Assembly: GCA_040879645.1 (NCBI GenBank)
Contig: JBBDJY010000006.1
Span: 33,831-92,239 of the forward strand
Origin: Minisyncoccota bacterium
GTDB taxonomy: Bacteria > Patescibacteriota > Minisyncoccia > Phycocordibacterales > XYD1-FULL-46-19
DNA length: 58,409 nucleotides
Direction: 5' to 3'
Shown here: positions 18,648 to 28,627 of the stretch, one piece after another
How positions within the stretch are numbered: the first letter of the stretch is position 1
Layout of the letters: the number at the start of each line of letters is the position of its first letter
Notes under the pieces: generated by a model
Told to the model about the DNA's origin: nothing
What the model saw: the letters and a program-made list of their open reading frames with translations, nothing else
The model's database searches: none
Program-made: the position numbers and the translations under genes

Positions 18648-19931
18648 ATGCTTGATATTAAATTTATTAAAGACAATCAAGGAATTGTCGCCAAAGCCAT
18701 TACCGACAAAAATCGCGAACCGGTCGATCTTGAGCAAGTGATTAAGCTTTATGATTGGCGGAAAAGATTGCGATCGGATATTGACCAATTAAATCGTCGG
18801 CGAGCCGAAGCGGCGGCGGCTCGTAATATTGATCTTGGCCGGCAATGTAAAGAAGAGGCGGCCGACAAGGAAGAAGAATTACGGCGGATTGAAAAAGAAT
18901 TTATGGCCTTAATGGTGCAAATTCCGAATATTCCGTCACCGGATACACCGATCGGGCCTGACGAATCGGCTAATCAAGTGATTCGGACCGTTGGCGATAA
19001 ACCGACGTTTGATTTTTCACCCAAGGCTCATTGGGATTTAGGTCGCGAACTTGGTTTAATTGACAGCGAAAAAGGGGCGATGGTTGCCGGTTCGCGTTTT
19101 ACTTATTTGAAAGGTGATTTAGTGTTGCTACAATTTGCTTTAATCCAATTGGCGTTGGGGGTGTTGACTAATCGGGATAAAATTGAAGCGATTGCCGCCA
19201 CCGCTAATTTAGATATCTCCACCCGGCCTTTTGTGCCGGTCATTCCGCCGGCAATGCTGACCGGTCCGGTGTTGAATCGGATGGCGCGCTTAGAGCCGAA
19301 AGATGATAAATACTATATTGAAAAGGACGAATTATTCTTAGCCGGTTCGGCTGAACATACGGTTGGAGCTTTGCATATGGACGAAATTTTGGAATTGGAA
19401 AAATTACCTTTGCGTTATCTTGGTTATTCTACCGCTTTTCGTCGTGAGGCCGGTTCTTACGGTAAAGATACCAAGGGAATTTTGCGAATGCATCAATTTG
19501 ATAAATTAGAGATGCAATCTTTTACTTCGCCGGAAAACGGTTTGGCGGAGCAAGATTTAATGGTGGCCATTCAGGAACATTTAATGCAGGCGCTTGAATT
19601 GCCCTATCAAGTGGTGATGGTGTGTACCGGTGATATGGGTTTTCCCGATCAGCGTCAAATTGACATTGAGACTTGGATGCCCGGCCAAGATACTTATCGC
19701 GAAACTCACAGTGCCGACTTTATCGGCAGTTTTCAGCCTCGGCGCCTCAATACCAAAGTTCGTCAACAATCCGGCCGGCCGGAATATGTCCATATGAACG
19801 ATGCCACCGCTTTTGCCATCGGTCGGACATTGATTGCCATTATGGAAAACTATCAACAAGCCGACGGTACGATTGCTATCCCCAAAGTCCTTCAGCCACT
19901 GGTTGGCAAAGATATTATCAGTGCCAGATAG
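18648..19931 (+). CDS. serS: seryl-tRNA synthetase
   Basis: N-terminal coiled-coil arm and class II motifs (FRREAGSYGKDTKGILRMHQFDK; TAFAIGRTLIAIMEN). Confidence 0.95.
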   Translation: MLDIKFIKDNQGIVAKAITDKNREPVDLEQVIKLYDWRKRLRSDIDQLNRRRAEAAAARNIDLGRQCKEEAADKEEELRRIEKEFMALMVQIPNIPSPDTPIGPDESANQVIRTVGDKPTFDFSPKAHWDLGRELGLIDSEKGAMVAGSRFTYLKGDLVLLQFALIQLALGVLTNRDKIEAIAATANLDISTRPFVPVIPPAMLTGPVLNRMARLEPKDDKYYIEKDELFLAGSAEHTVGALHMDEILELEKLPLRYLGYSTAFRREAGSYGKDTKGILRMHQFDKLEMQSFTSPENGLAEQDLMVAIQEHLMQALELPYQVVMVCTGDMGFPDQRQIDIETWMPGQDTYRETHSADFIGSFQPRRLNTKVRQQSGRPEYVHMNDATAFAIGRTLIAIMENYQQADGTIAIPKVLQPLVGKDIISAR

Positions 19932-19933
19932 TT

Positions 19934-20818
19934 ATGGCCAGAGAGAGTCGAGACATCATCAGGGCGAGACAAAAACAACAAGCACGCCGTCTTCGCTTAC
20001 TTAAAACCTACCTTTGGCTTTTCTTTTATACTTTTGTTTTTGTCGGTTTGGTTTTATTGTCTCAACTTGACCGGCTGGCCGTTACCGATTTAGCCGTCAG
20101 GGGAGAAGAGGCGGTATCGGCCGATAAGCTTAAGCAGACTATCCGGCCCTTGCTCGCGGGTAATCATTTTTATTTGTTTTCTCGCCGGAATGTTTTACTC
20201 TTGCCGCGAGCGGAAATTCGTCAGACCGCTTATCGGCAATTTCCCCGAATTGGTGATTTAGCTATCGAGGTTGAAGATCAAACCCTTATTCTGACCGTCA
20301 GCGAGCGTCGGCCGGCGGCTTTGTGGTGCCAAGCGGAGGAGTGTTGGTATATGGATGACAGCGGTTTTGTCTTTGCGTCGGCACCGGATTTTTCCGATAA
20401 TGTTTTTTTGAAAATCCATGGTTCACCCGTTGATGCGGATTCAACCGAGACTCGTTTGGTTGGGACAAGCCCCTTAGCTACTCGGCCACTTGAATTGGCT
20501 GATTTGATTTTATTACCTACCGCCCGGACGGTTTTAATTAACACTCTTCAGGCCGCCGGTTTGGAACAGGTGGAAATTACCAAAGTGACGGTAACGGCTG
20601 ATCATGATTATGAATTTATCATTCGTCAATCTGTGGCCGAGGGGCCTTTGACTTGGCGTTTGCTCTTTGACAGTCGAGATGACTTTGACCATTCTTTAGC
20701 TAATCTGACCGCCGCTTTGGTCAGTGAATCTTTTAAGCGGGAATATGAGGATAAGGCCGGCCGACTTGATTATCTTGATTTGCGTTTTGGTAATAAAGTG
20801 TTTTACCGGTTCAAATAA
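19934..20818 (+). CDS. ftsQ: cell division protein FtsQ/DivIB-like (POTRA)
   Basis: Basic N-terminus, one TM helix, then a POTRA-like region. The track ORF 19673-20818 extends upstream through serS, so I moved the start to ATG 19934, 3 nt after the serS stop. Confidence 0.65.
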   Translation: MARESRDIIRARQKQQARRLRLLKTYLWLFFYTFVFVGLVLLSQLDRLAVTDLAVRGEEAVSADKLKQTIRPLLAGNHFYLFSRRNVLLLPRAEIRQTAYRQFPRIGDLAIEVEDQTLILTVSERRPAALWCQAEECWYMDDSGFVFASAPDFSDNVFLKIHGSPVDADSTETRLVGTSPLATRPLELADLILLPTARTVLINTLQAAGLEQVEITKVTVTADHDYEFIIRQSVAEGPLTWRLLFDSRDDFDHSLANLTAALVSESFKREYEDKAGRLDYLDLRFGNKVFYRFK

Positions 20819-20844
20819 ATTTTCTTTTGCGTTATAATTGTTTA

Positions 20845-22005
20845 ATGGCAAAATATTTTCCTCGGGGAAAATTTGTTTGGGCCGCTTTGACTTTAAGTCT
20901 TGGTTGGTTGTTTATGTTCTCGGTCTTTACTTTGAGTCAGCCGGTGGTTTTGGTTTTGAAATCAGGATCGATTAATGATTCTTTTGGTCTGGCCGGCAAT
21001 AGGTTGTCGACCGCTACTTCTTTTTTTAATAAAGGCTTATCCTCAGACTCAACGAAAGTGGATTTTTCCGCTTTGGCACCTGATATTCAAGCGGTTATTT
21101 CTTCTCGTCCACTTAATTTGCCTTCTCGTGTTTCTGTCGGACGAGTAGTTACTCTAACTTTTGTCGGCGATATTATGCTTGATCGGGGTGTGGCCGCTTC
21201 GGTCCGAAATAATTTCAATGGTAATTACGAAGACTTATTCACCGAGCTTGGTTTTTTACGCGACCGGGATATTGTCTTTGGTAATTTGGAAGGGCCGTTA
21301 TCCGACCAAGGACAAGATATTCATAATTTATATTCTTTCCGGATGAAGCCACCAGCCTTACCGGCTTTGGTTAAGGCCGGCTTTAATGTTTTATCTTTAG
21401 CCAATAATCATGCCGGTGATTGGGGCCGAGAAGCCTTGATTGATACTGTAGACCGCTTGGCCGGTGCCGGTATATTAACCCCCGGTGCCGGCAAGCGTCG
21501 GGCGGAGGCGGTCAATCCGCAAATTAAAAAAGTCGGAGATATTAAAATCGGTTTTTTGGCTTTCTCCGATGTCGGACCGGTTAATTTGGCCGTCGGCGAC
21601 GATCAAGCGGGAATTTTATTGGCGACTGATTCTAATTTTACCGGTATTATCCGCCAAGCGACTGAGGCGGTTGATGTCTTGGTGGTTTCTTTTCATTTTG
21701 GCGAAGAGTATCAAACAAGTCCCAGTCCGCGGCAAATCGCTTTAGCCGAACAAGCAATTGATCTCGGGGCAAAAATTATCGTTGGTCACCATCCTCATGT
21801 TATCCAACCGGTCGTCGAATATGGCGGGGGACTGATTGCTTACAGTTTGGGTAATTTTATTTTTGATCAAAACTTCTCGGCCGAAACGATGGAAGGATTG
21901 GTCTTGGAAGTGGAGCTTTTAAATAATGATATTGCTGACTGGCGGACACGCTTGATTGTTTTAGACAATTATTTTCGTCCAGCCGAGGCAAATAATGATC
22001 GCTAG
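20845..22005 (+). CDS. CapA-family (PGA_cap metallophosphatase-like) protein
   Basis: Motifs TFVGDIM, GNLEGP, LANNHAGDWG and GHHPHV, with an N-terminal TM anchor. The start is at ATG 20845. Confidence 0.75.
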   Translation: MAKYFPRGKFVWAALTLSLGWLFMFSVFTLSQPVVLVLKSGSINDSFGLAGNRLSTATSFFNKGLSSDSTKVDFSALAPDIQAVISSRPLNLPSRVSVGRVVTLTFVGDIMLDRGVAASVRNNFNGNYEDLFTELGFLRDRDIVFGNLEGPLSDQGQDIHNLYSFRMKPPALPALVKAGFNVLSLANNHAGDWGREALIDTVDRLAGAGILTPGAGKRRAEAVNPQIKKVGDIKIGFLAFSDVGPVNLAVGDDQAGILLATDSNFTGIIRQATEAVDVLVVSFHFGEEYQTSPSPRQIALAEQAIDLGAKIIVGHHPHVIQPVVEYGGGLIAYSLGNFIFDQNFSAETMEGLVLEVELLNNDIADWRTRLIVLDNYFRPAEANNDR

Positions 22006-22104
22006 AGGTTGGAAGAGAGAATATTGAAAGGTGTTGTCTTTTTGAGGTAAATGTGTTATAGATAGCCTAGAGTGTTTGAAAATTAGGCAATGAAAGGAGG
22101 GCTA

Positions 22105-22350
22105 ATGTTTTCCCCACATACAGTGGAAGCAAAATTTGTCTACTGGATTGTAGATAAATTTCTTTCGGGGTCGGATATTCAGGTGCTTATTCCCGAGGTA
22201 CTCGGTGAATGGGTAATTGAATTTGGTCGTCAATTTGGCGAAGATCCGGTTTTTAGCATGAATGACCTATTTATTTCTATTGTGGAAACCCTTGAGATAA
22301 AGGAGAAAATGGAATTTGACAAACAGAGGAAAATCTCTCTGTCCAACTAA
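22105..22350 (+). CDS. small hypothetical protein
   Basis: AAAGGAGGG ribosome-binding site upstream of ATG 22105. Confidence 0.4.
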   Translation: MFSPHTVEAKFVYWIVDKFLSGSDIQVLIPEVLGEWVIEFGRQFGEDPVFSMNDLFISIVETLEIKEKMEFDKQRKISLSN

Positions 22351-22394
22351 CTGGTTTCTGACTTTGAGTCGGGCTTAACCTTGGAGGAAGGGTA

Positions 22395-22688
22395 ATGTAC
22401 GATATTAAAAAGGTCGAAGAATTAGCGGAAGTCTTTGACAGTTCACTGACATCGTTTCCTGAGCGACTCGTCGCTACGTTGGAAATCAATTTTGTCGCCA
22501 ATCGGACGGCTGATGACGACCTCAGGGATTTGTGCGAAGAAGTTTTGACTAACCCTGGGTCTGTCAGTCTGAATGAATTTCTTTTAGCCTTGGCGGGAGT
22601 CGTCTATCGTTTACTGATAGTTGGCAGTGCCTGTGTTGCCCTCTACTTTGTCTACCATCTTATCTTGTCTTGGTTGATTGGTGGTTGA
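22395..22688 (+). CDS. small hypothetical protein with C-terminal TM helix
   Basis: GGAGGAAGGG ribosome-binding site and a hydrophobic C-terminus, with a terminator following. Confidence 0.45.
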   Translation: MYDIKKVEELAEVFDSSLTSFPERLVATLEINFVANRTADDDLRDLCEEVLTNPGSVSLNEFLLALAGVVYRLLIVGSACVALYFVYHLILSWLIGG

Positions 22689-22704
22689 TGGCGATTACGA
22701 TTAC

Positions 22705-22736
22705 TCGGGCCGGAAAGATTTTCCGGCCCGATTTTG
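22705..22736 (+). terminator. rho-independent terminator
   Basis: Stem TCGGGCCGGAA / TTCCGGCCCGA followed by TTTTG. Confidence 0.75.
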
Positions 22737-22785
22737 TATTTTACTAATATCGTTGGCAGATTGATAAAAATGTTATACTGCGAAA

Positions 22786-23784
22786 ATGAATAATTTTTGG
22801 CAACAATTAAAACAACCGTTTTTTGTTTTGGCCCCGATGGCTGATGTCACCGATGCTGCTTTTCGGGCGATGATTGCCAAATACTCTCGACCGGCCGGGC
22901 CGGCGGTCTTTTATACCGAATTTGTGTCGGCCGACGGCCTGTGTCATCCGGCGGCACGAGAAAAATTAAAACGCGAACTTTACTTTACCTCGGCTGAGCG
23001 ACCGATTGTCGCCCAAATTTTTTCCGGCCGGCCGGAGAGGATTAAAGCGGCGGCCGCCTTGGTTGCCGAATTGGGTTTTGACGGTTTGGATATAAACTTG
23101 GGTTGCCCGGATCGTTCGGTAGAAAAACAACTGGCCGGGGCCGGCTTGATCAAGCATCCGACTTTAGCCAAAGAGATTATCAGTGCCGCCGGTGAGGGGG
23201 CGCCTGATTTACCCCTTTCGCTTAAGACCCGAATTGGCTATACCCGAACCGATGAACTTGCGTCTTGGGCGGAAACTCTATTATCGCTCCGACCGGCGGC
23301 CATTGCTTTTCATTTGCGAACTCGAAAAGAAATGTCTAAAGTGCCGGCTCATTGGGATTTGATTAAACTGCCACTTGATTTAGCTCGCGGGACCGATACG
23401 ATTATTATCGGCAATGGCGATGTCAGCAATGTCGCCGAAGCGCGGGCTAAAGCCGAACACTACCGAGTTCCCGGCATTATGATTGGTCGAGGAATTTTCG
23501 GCCGGCCATGGTTGTTTGCCGAAACACAACCGACGGTGACCGAGCGCCTGGGTATTTGTCGCGAGCACATCTCTTTATTTGCCGAACTCTATCAATCGGG
23601 CGTGACTAATGACCGGCTGTTTGCCGGCCACACCAAAAGCTTTCACTTAATGAAAAAACATTTCAAAGCTTACCTTCAGGGTTTTGCCGGTGCCCCCGCT
23701 TTGCGGGCGGCGATGATGCTTTGTGATTCACCGCCGGCCGCCATGGCTGTTTTAGATAACTTTTTAGCCACCGGAGAAAATTAG
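22786..23784 (+). CDS. dus: tRNA-dihydrouridine synthase
   Basis: Dus TIM-barrel signatures (LAPMADVTD, DGLDINLGCP, GNGD). Confidence 0.85.
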   Translation: MNNFWQQLKQPFFVLAPMADVTDAAFRAMIAKYSRPAGPAVFYTEFVSADGLCHPAAREKLKRELYFTSAERPIVAQIFSGRPERIKAAAALVAELGFDGLDINLGCPDRSVEKQLAGAGLIKHPTLAKEIISAAGEGAPDLPLSLKTRIGYTRTDELASWAETLLSLRPAAIAFHLRTRKEMSKVPAHWDLIKLPLDLARGTDTIIIGNGDVSNVAEARAKAEHYRVPGIMIGRGIFGRPWLFAETQPTVTERLGICREHISLFAELYQSGVTNDRLFAGHTKSFHLMKKHFKAYLQGFAGAPALRAAMMLCDSPPAAMAVLDNFLATGEN

Positions 23785-23815
23785 CTCTCGGGGATTTCTT
23801 TGGTATAATCAAGCT

Positions 23816-24871
23816 ATGTTAAATCTTGCTCTCTACCGCAAATATCGCCCGCAAAAATTCTCGGATATTGTCGGTCAAGATCATATTGTGTCTGTTTTAG
23901 CCGGCGCGGTTAAGAGTGATAAATTTGCTCACGCTTATCTTTTTTCCGGTTCACGCGGTTTGGGTAAAACCAGTATTGCGCGGATTTTGGCTCGGGCTCT
24001 CGGCACTGACGATAAGGATCTCTATGAAATAGACGGTGCCTCCAATCGGGGGATTGAAGAGATTCGGGCTTTGCGTGACGGTGTCCGGACGATGCCTTTT
24101 ACCTCCAAATTTAAAGTCTATATCATCGATGAAGTTCATATGTTAACGACACCGGCCTTTAATGCTCTTTTAAAAACGCTGGAAGAACCGCCACCCCATG
24201 TCATTTTTATCTTGGCGACCACTGAATTGGCTAAAGTACCGGAGACAATCATTTCTCGTTGCGAGACTCATGTTTTCAAGAAACCCTCGCCGGCGGCTTT
24301 GGTAAAATTGATTAAACAAATTGCCGTCAAAGAGGGCTATCAAATAGAGGAGTCGGCGGCCGAACTCTTGGCTTTTCTCGGTGACGGTTCTTTTCGTGAT
24401 ACCATTGGCGCTTTACAGAAAGCCATCGCCGGCAGTCGTGATAAAAAGATTATTACCGCCGAGGTGGAAAAAGTCACCGGCGCTCCACCTCTGCTTTCCG
24501 TTTTTGCCTTTTTACGAGCCTTATTGGCTGGCCGGGCCGATGAGGCTTTGGCGGTTATCCGCCGCCTGACGGCGGAGGGTTCCGATGTTCGATTGTTTGC
24601 CAAATTGCTTTTGCGTTATTTGCGTTTGGCCATGCTTTTTAAATTTGCTCCCAATGCGACTGACGAATTAACTGCCGGTCTTGGCGAGGACGAAACCACT
24701 TGGCTTAAAGAAATAATCACCGGTCCGCAGGCGGCGTCCTTGCCGAAAATTCTCAAGGAATTTTTAGATGCTTACGATCAAATTACTTTTGCCTATCTGC
24801 CGGAATTGCCACTGGAATTGGCGGTGATTAAAATTATTGATGGTTTTAAGGCGGAGAATGATCAAGTATGA
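23816..24871 (+). CDS. dnaX: DNA polymerase III gamma/tau subunit (short form)
   Basis: AAA+ clamp-loader motifs (GSRGLGKTS, Walker B IIDEVHML, sensor SRC). Confidence 0.85.
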   Translation: MLNLALYRKYRPQKFSDIVGQDHIVSVLAGAVKSDKFAHAYLFSGSRGLGKTSIARILARALGTDDKDLYEIDGASNRGIEEIRALRDGVRTMPFTSKFKVYIIDEVHMLTTPAFNALLKTLEEPPPHVIFILATTELAKVPETIISRCETHVFKKPSPAALVKLIKQIAVKEGYQIEESAAELLAFLGDGSFRDTIGALQKAIAGSRDKKIITAEVEKVTGAPPLLSVFAFLRALLAGRADEALAVIRRLTAEGSDVRLFAKLLLRYLRLAMLFKFAPNATDELTAGLGEDETTWLKEIITGPQAASLPKILKEFLDAYDQITFAYLPELPLELAVIKIIDGFKAENDQV

Positions 24872-26130
24872 CCACCAATAAAAAAATTATCCTGATTGTT
24901 TCTTTGGCTCTTTTCTTCTCCACTCTTTTGGTGCAAGGCGGTTTGTCCGGTAGTTTTACCCCGCCGTCTTTTTTGGTGGCGGCCGAGCGATTGTTGGCCA
25001 ATTTTCTTTTTGGCACAGTTACCACCGAAAGTATCTTGGATAAACATCAAACCGGCCGAGTGCGAATTCTTTTAGTCCCCGGTCATGATAATGAATATAC
25101 TGGTGCCCGTTTCGGCCATTTGCGCGAAGCCGATGCTAATCTTTTATTAGCCGAAAAAATCTATGCCGACCTCTCGCTTTGGCCCGGCGTGGAAGTCCTT
25201 TCGGCCAGGAATTTTACCGACGGCGAATACAGTCTCTGGCTAGCAAACTATTTTACCACCGAAGCCGAGGCTATCCGCCAATTTATGACCGAACGCCGGC
25301 AGGCAATGCAGGCCATGCTTGGTGACGGAACGGTCGAAACCAATGTGGACATTAACCACAACTTTGCTTTAGATAAAGTTGCTTTTCGTCTTTACGGTAT
25401 CAATAAATGGGCCAATGAGAATGATGTTGATATTCTGCTTCATCTTCATCTTAATGACTATGCCGTCCGGCGTCATGGCACTCCCGGTATTTATTCCGGT
25501 TTTTCTATCTATATTCCTGAACGACAATTTCCTAATGCCGACGCCAGTCGTGATTTGGCGGAAGCCATCCGCGAACAATTGGCCGCCTACTGGCCGGCCA
25601 GTGACTATCCTAAAGAGGCGGCGACAATCATTGAAGCTCAAGAATTGATTGCTCTCGGTTCCAATGCTTCGCAAAGAAGTGCCTCGGTTTTGGTCGAATA
25701 CGGTTATATTTACGAACCGCAATTTACCAATCCGGCGGTCAGTCAAGTTGTCTATCCACTGTTGGTCCAATTAACCAAACAGGGGATTACCGCCTATTTA
25801 GCCGGTCAAACCGAAATCGGTTCGGAAAAAATATTGCCGGCGGTTCTGTCGCTCGGCAATTTGGCCGAAACGCTTGAAGTTGGCGAACGATATAATAAAG
25901 ATGTGGCTGTTTTACAGCTGGCTTTGCGGGGTGACGGTTTGTATCCGCCGGCCGGCGAGACTTTTAATGATTGTCCGATTACCGGCAATTTCGGCTCTTG
26001 CACTCGTCGAGCGGTTGTCGCTTTTCAAGAAAAATATCGTCAAGAGGTTTTGGATCCGCTTGGTTTGTCGGTCGGCACCGGGATTGTCGGTCAATCGACT
26101 TGGAATAAATTAACGGAAATCTATCGTTGA
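24868..26130 (+). CDS. N-acetylmuramoyl-L-alanine amidase with C-terminal peptidoglycan-binding domain
   Basis: Amidase_3-like LVPGHD and LHLHLND motifs, with a PG_binding_1-like C-terminus (VLQLAL..GNFGSCTRRAVVAFQ). It shares a 4-nt ATGA overlap with dnaX. Confidence 0.7.
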   Translation: MTTNKKIILIVSLALFFSTLLVQGGLSGSFTPPSFLVAAERLLANFLFGTVTTESILDKHQTGRVRILLVPGHDNEYTGARFGHLREADANLLLAEKIYADLSLWPGVEVLSARNFTDGEYSLWLANYFTTEAEAIRQFMTERRQAMQAMLGDGTVETNVDINHNFALDKVAFRLYGINKWANENDVDILLHLHLNDYAVRRHGTPGIYSGFSIYIPERQFPNADASRDLAEAIREQLAAYWPASDYPKEAATIIEAQELIALGSNASQRSASVLVEYGYIYEPQFTNPAVSQVVYPLLVQLTKQGITAYLAGQTEIGSEKILPAVLSLGNLAETLEVGERYNKDVAVLQLALRGDGLYPPAGETFNDCPITGNFGSCTRRAVVAFQEKYRQEVLDPLGLSVGTGIVGQSTWNKLTEIYR

Positions 26131-26200
26131 TTATCTGGACGAAAATCATTTTTAACGCTATGATGACACCTAGATTGACCTCAAAAAAGAAAGGGAAAAA

Positions 26201-26473
26201 ATGGTCACTGCCATTGATGTTGACCGACACTGGTGCTGGATCGGGCTAGCGAACGGTTCGGACATCTTCGGTTATTCTCAATTTGAAGTCTGTCTGGCTC
26301 TGAAACGGGCTGAACGACAAAAGCTTATCTCGCCGGAATGCCGGCGTCGATGCGAAGAAGCGATTGAGGGCAAACTGACACCGATTCCTTACAATGCCGG
26401 CATCAAAGACTTGGTGCATATCGCCGATGAAATATTTGGTCCGGCTTGGAATTACGACAGTCAAGTAAACTGA
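26201..26473 (+). CDS. small hypothetical protein
   Basis: 90-aa ORF behind a purine-rich ribosome-binding site, with a terminator following. Confidence 0.4.
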   Translation: MVTAIDVDRHWCWIGLANGSDIFGYSQFEVCLALKRAERQKLISPECRRRCEEAIEGKLTPIPYNAGIKDLVHIADEIFGPAWNYDSQVN

Positions 26474-26478
26474 AACCA

Positions 26479-26512
26479 CACCCCAAGGCGTTTTGCTTTG
26501 GGGTGCTTTTTT
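26479..26512 (+). terminator. rho-independent terminator
   Basis: Stem CACCCCAAGG / CTTTGGGGTG followed by CTTTTTT. Confidence 0.75.
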
Positions 26513-26610
26513 AACAGGTAAAATCAGCGGTGTTTAACTTGACGGGACTTTTTTCTTCTTTGTGCTATAATCAGGCCTATTATCAATATTATTAATCTAG
26601 TCTTAAAATT

Positions 26611-26865
26611 ATGCCTAAATCAAATTCCGCTTTTATGAAACCGCTCACTCTTAGTCCGGAACTGGAAGCCGTCGTCGGCCCCGGTCCGTTACCGCGCTCG
26701 GAAGTGGTCAAAAAGCTCTGGGTTTATATCAAATCCAAAAATTTGCAGGATTCGGAGAATCGACGGAACATTAATGCCGATGAAAATCTGAAAAAAGTTT
26801 TCGACGGCAAAGAGCAAGTCAATATGTTCGAAATGACCAAGTTGGTCTCCAAGCACTTGTCTTAA
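26611..26865 (+). CDS. SWIB/MDM2 domain protein
   Basis: The 84-aa sequence fits the SWIB pattern (..LSPELEAVVG..LPRSEVVKKLWVYIKSKNLQD..NRRNINADENLKKVF..). Confidence 0.8.
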   Translation: MPKSNSAFMKPLTLSPELEAVVGPGPLPRSEVVKKLWVYIKSKNLQDSENRRNINADENLKKVFDGKEQVNMFEMTKLVSKHLS

Positions 26866-26965
26866 TTTATCCCAGCCGGCAAATATGGCCGGCCTACTTT
26901 ACAAAAAACTGGCCTCCCGGCCGGTTTTTTGCTAGAGTAGTTAAGTAATTCTTACGGGGATTACT

Positions 26966-26982
26966 AAATTTGCCGGATCGTC
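26966..26982 (+). repeat. 17-nt duplicate of the tRNA-Gln 5' junction
   Basis: aaatttgccggatcgtc compared with atatttgccggatcgtc at 27096-27112 differs at 1 position. The last 12 nt are the first 12 nt of tRNA-Gln. Confidence 0.7.
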
Positions 26983-27100
26983 CCTGCCTGCCGGTAGGCA
27001 GGTAATGGTAGCCTACACTCCCGATAGTCGGGGTTAGGCGGTGACGCCAATCTTTCGTTGGGGTTGAAATTAAATTGACAATTGACATCAGAATAATATT

Positions 27101-27171
27101 TGCCGGATCGTCTAACGGTAGGACAACGGATTTTGGATCCGTTTATCTAGGTTCGAGTCCTAGTCCGGCAG
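27101..27171 (+). tRNA. tRNA-Gln (anticodon TTG)
   Basis: Acceptor TGCCGGA/TCCGGCA, anticodon stem ACGGA/TCCGT with loop TTTTGGA, and a T arm CTAGG-TTCGAGT-CCTAG. CCA is not encoded. Confidence 0.85.
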
Positions 27172-27228
27172 CTTGTCAAGACGGGGGATGTTGCGCCAGA
27201 ACGCATATAATTTCCACCTAACTATTCA

Positions 27229-27268
27229 AAAAAAAGAAAACCCTGTCAGCGCGAAGCGCTAACAGGGT
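27229..27268 (-). terminator. rho-independent terminator (minus strand)
   Basis: Stem CCCTGTCAGCGC / GCGCTAACAGGG. The A-run on the plus strand reads as a T-run on the minus strand, downstream of ORF 27357-27611. Confidence 0.75.
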
Positions 27269-27356
27269 GGGAAAGAGAACTACTGCCTCTTCTTGGCGAC
27301 CGACAATCCGGTTTCGTCACAGCGACAGAAGGTCTCCGCAGGGAACTATTGGTTGC

Positions 27357-27611
27357 TTAGTCTTTCAAGAACCCTAACCCTTCGGCCCGCAGTTTGTCCC
27401 GTACGCGCTTCAGCATCGCTTCGGACCATCCTTCAGGCAGATCTTCGGGCTCGATCGTGGCAAGGTCCCGCTCTGCGTCCTCGATTGTGTAGACATCCTC
27501 CGTATCAATGTTCTCGCGAAGCAATGGGGCGATCTCTTCCCAGAATTCCTTTTCTAGCGCTTCGATACACATGTACCACATCCCTTTCCCTTTGTTGTCA
27601 ACTATCCGCAT
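27357..27611 (-). CDS. small, highly acidic hypothetical protein (GC-rich patch)
   Basis: 84-aa ORF with its own terminator and many D/E residues (..IDTEDVYTIEDAERDLATIEPEDLPEGW..). The start is uncertain; internal ATG codons are possible. Confidence 0.45.
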   Translation of the reverse strand: MRIVDNKGKGMWYMCIEALEKEFWEEIAPLLRENIDTEDVYTIEDAERDLATIEPEDLPEGWSEAMLKRVRDKLRAEGLGFLKD

Positions 27612-27803
27612 TTACTACGGACTAGCGTCTTTCCGCCTATCGGAAAGAATTCTAGCACTAATATACTCCTTATATATCAATCTGTCAAGACCTAAAGGAA
27701 GAGGAAGTGTCCAATCCGGAACAATATAGTAAAATATCCTTGATTAAAGCCATCCAAGTTCAAGGTATGTCCCGCTGCGGGCAGCTAGCGTTTTTTAACC
27801 ATA

Positions 27804-27846
27804 TTTTTCAATGTTTTTTAAAACACCCGTCTTGGACGATAGAACT
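27804..27846 (+). repeat. ~43-nt upstream element, copy A
   Basis: atttttcaatgttttttaaaacacccgtcttggacgatagaact resembles attttccaatgttttttaaaataccctttgtggaggttaggact at 28554-28597. Both contain an ATG opening the peptide MFFK(T/I)P. Confidence 0.7.
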
Positions 27847-27869
27847 TCTCTGTGATATTCTTTAATTAT

Positions 27870-28394
27870 ATGAAAAAAGTATTTTTGAAATATTTGCTGC
27901 CATTAATATCAGTAATAATTATAAACATCATAATTATATTTTACTGGACGCAGAAATGTAAAATGGCTAGCTCTATGCTAGAGGATTTTTTCTACTGTTC
28001 GGGTAAGGAGGGACCCTCACTAGGGATTATTCTTTCTTTATTGATATCAACTATTAGTATTTTCATACTATTTATTCTAATTTTGTTTATCAGTCTAGTC
28101 GTTAGAAATAAACAAAATAAAGCGGTTGTCATTATTTCAAAGATTCTATTAATTTTAGGGATATTGATATTCATTTTAATGAATTATATGTGGGTTAGAA
28201 ACACACCTACATTGGAAGAATACAGAATACAGAGAGAAGAATCTCGTCAGTTCTCAGAGCAACAGCGAGAAGAATATTTAAAAAGTGACGAATATAAAGA
28301 ATTGCAAGAGGAATCTTTTAAGAAGTCTTGTGAATCTGAAAAGGAGAGAAAATTAGAAAATCCAAATGTTCTTCTCCCACTTGGATGTGAATAA
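27870..28394 (+). CDS. membrane protein, unknown function (AT-rich)
   Basis: Several TM helices followed by a charged E/K-rich tail. The start is at ATG 27870. Confidence 0.5.
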   Translation: MKKVFLKYLLPLISVIIINIIIIFYWTQKCKMASSMLEDFFYCSGKEGPSLGIILSLLISTISIFILFILILFISLVVRNKQNKAVVIISKILLILGILIFILMNYMWVRNTPTLEEYRIQREESRQFSEQQREEYLKSDEYKELQEESFKKSCESEKERKLENPNVLLPLGCE

Positions 28395-28553
28395 TTTATA
28401 TAGAAGCGATAATTAGGTCCAGACACCCTATTCTCAATATTTTTATGATTTAATTAAAAGTGAGTTCAGGGGTAGGGTAACAAAACACACACTCTTTTTG
28501 CAATAAAACGGTTCTAACTTCATCCAATGCCCCCAGCAACAGTTTTTAGCTTT

Positions 28554-28597
28554 ATTTTCCAATGTTTTTTAAAATACCCTTTGTGGAGGTTAGGACT
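28554..28597 (+). repeat. ~43-nt upstream element, copy B
   Basis: See 27804-27846. Confidence 0.7.
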
Positions 28598-28627
28598 TTT
28601 TATATAAAAAATGTTAAAATCCAAGGA

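Noticed and set aside
19673-19933. N-terminal 87-codon extension of the ftsQ-like ORF overlapping serS.
   Set aside because: The extension lies wholly inside serS in another frame. ATG 19934 directly follows the serS stop and begins the basic/TM N-terminus expected for FtsQ.
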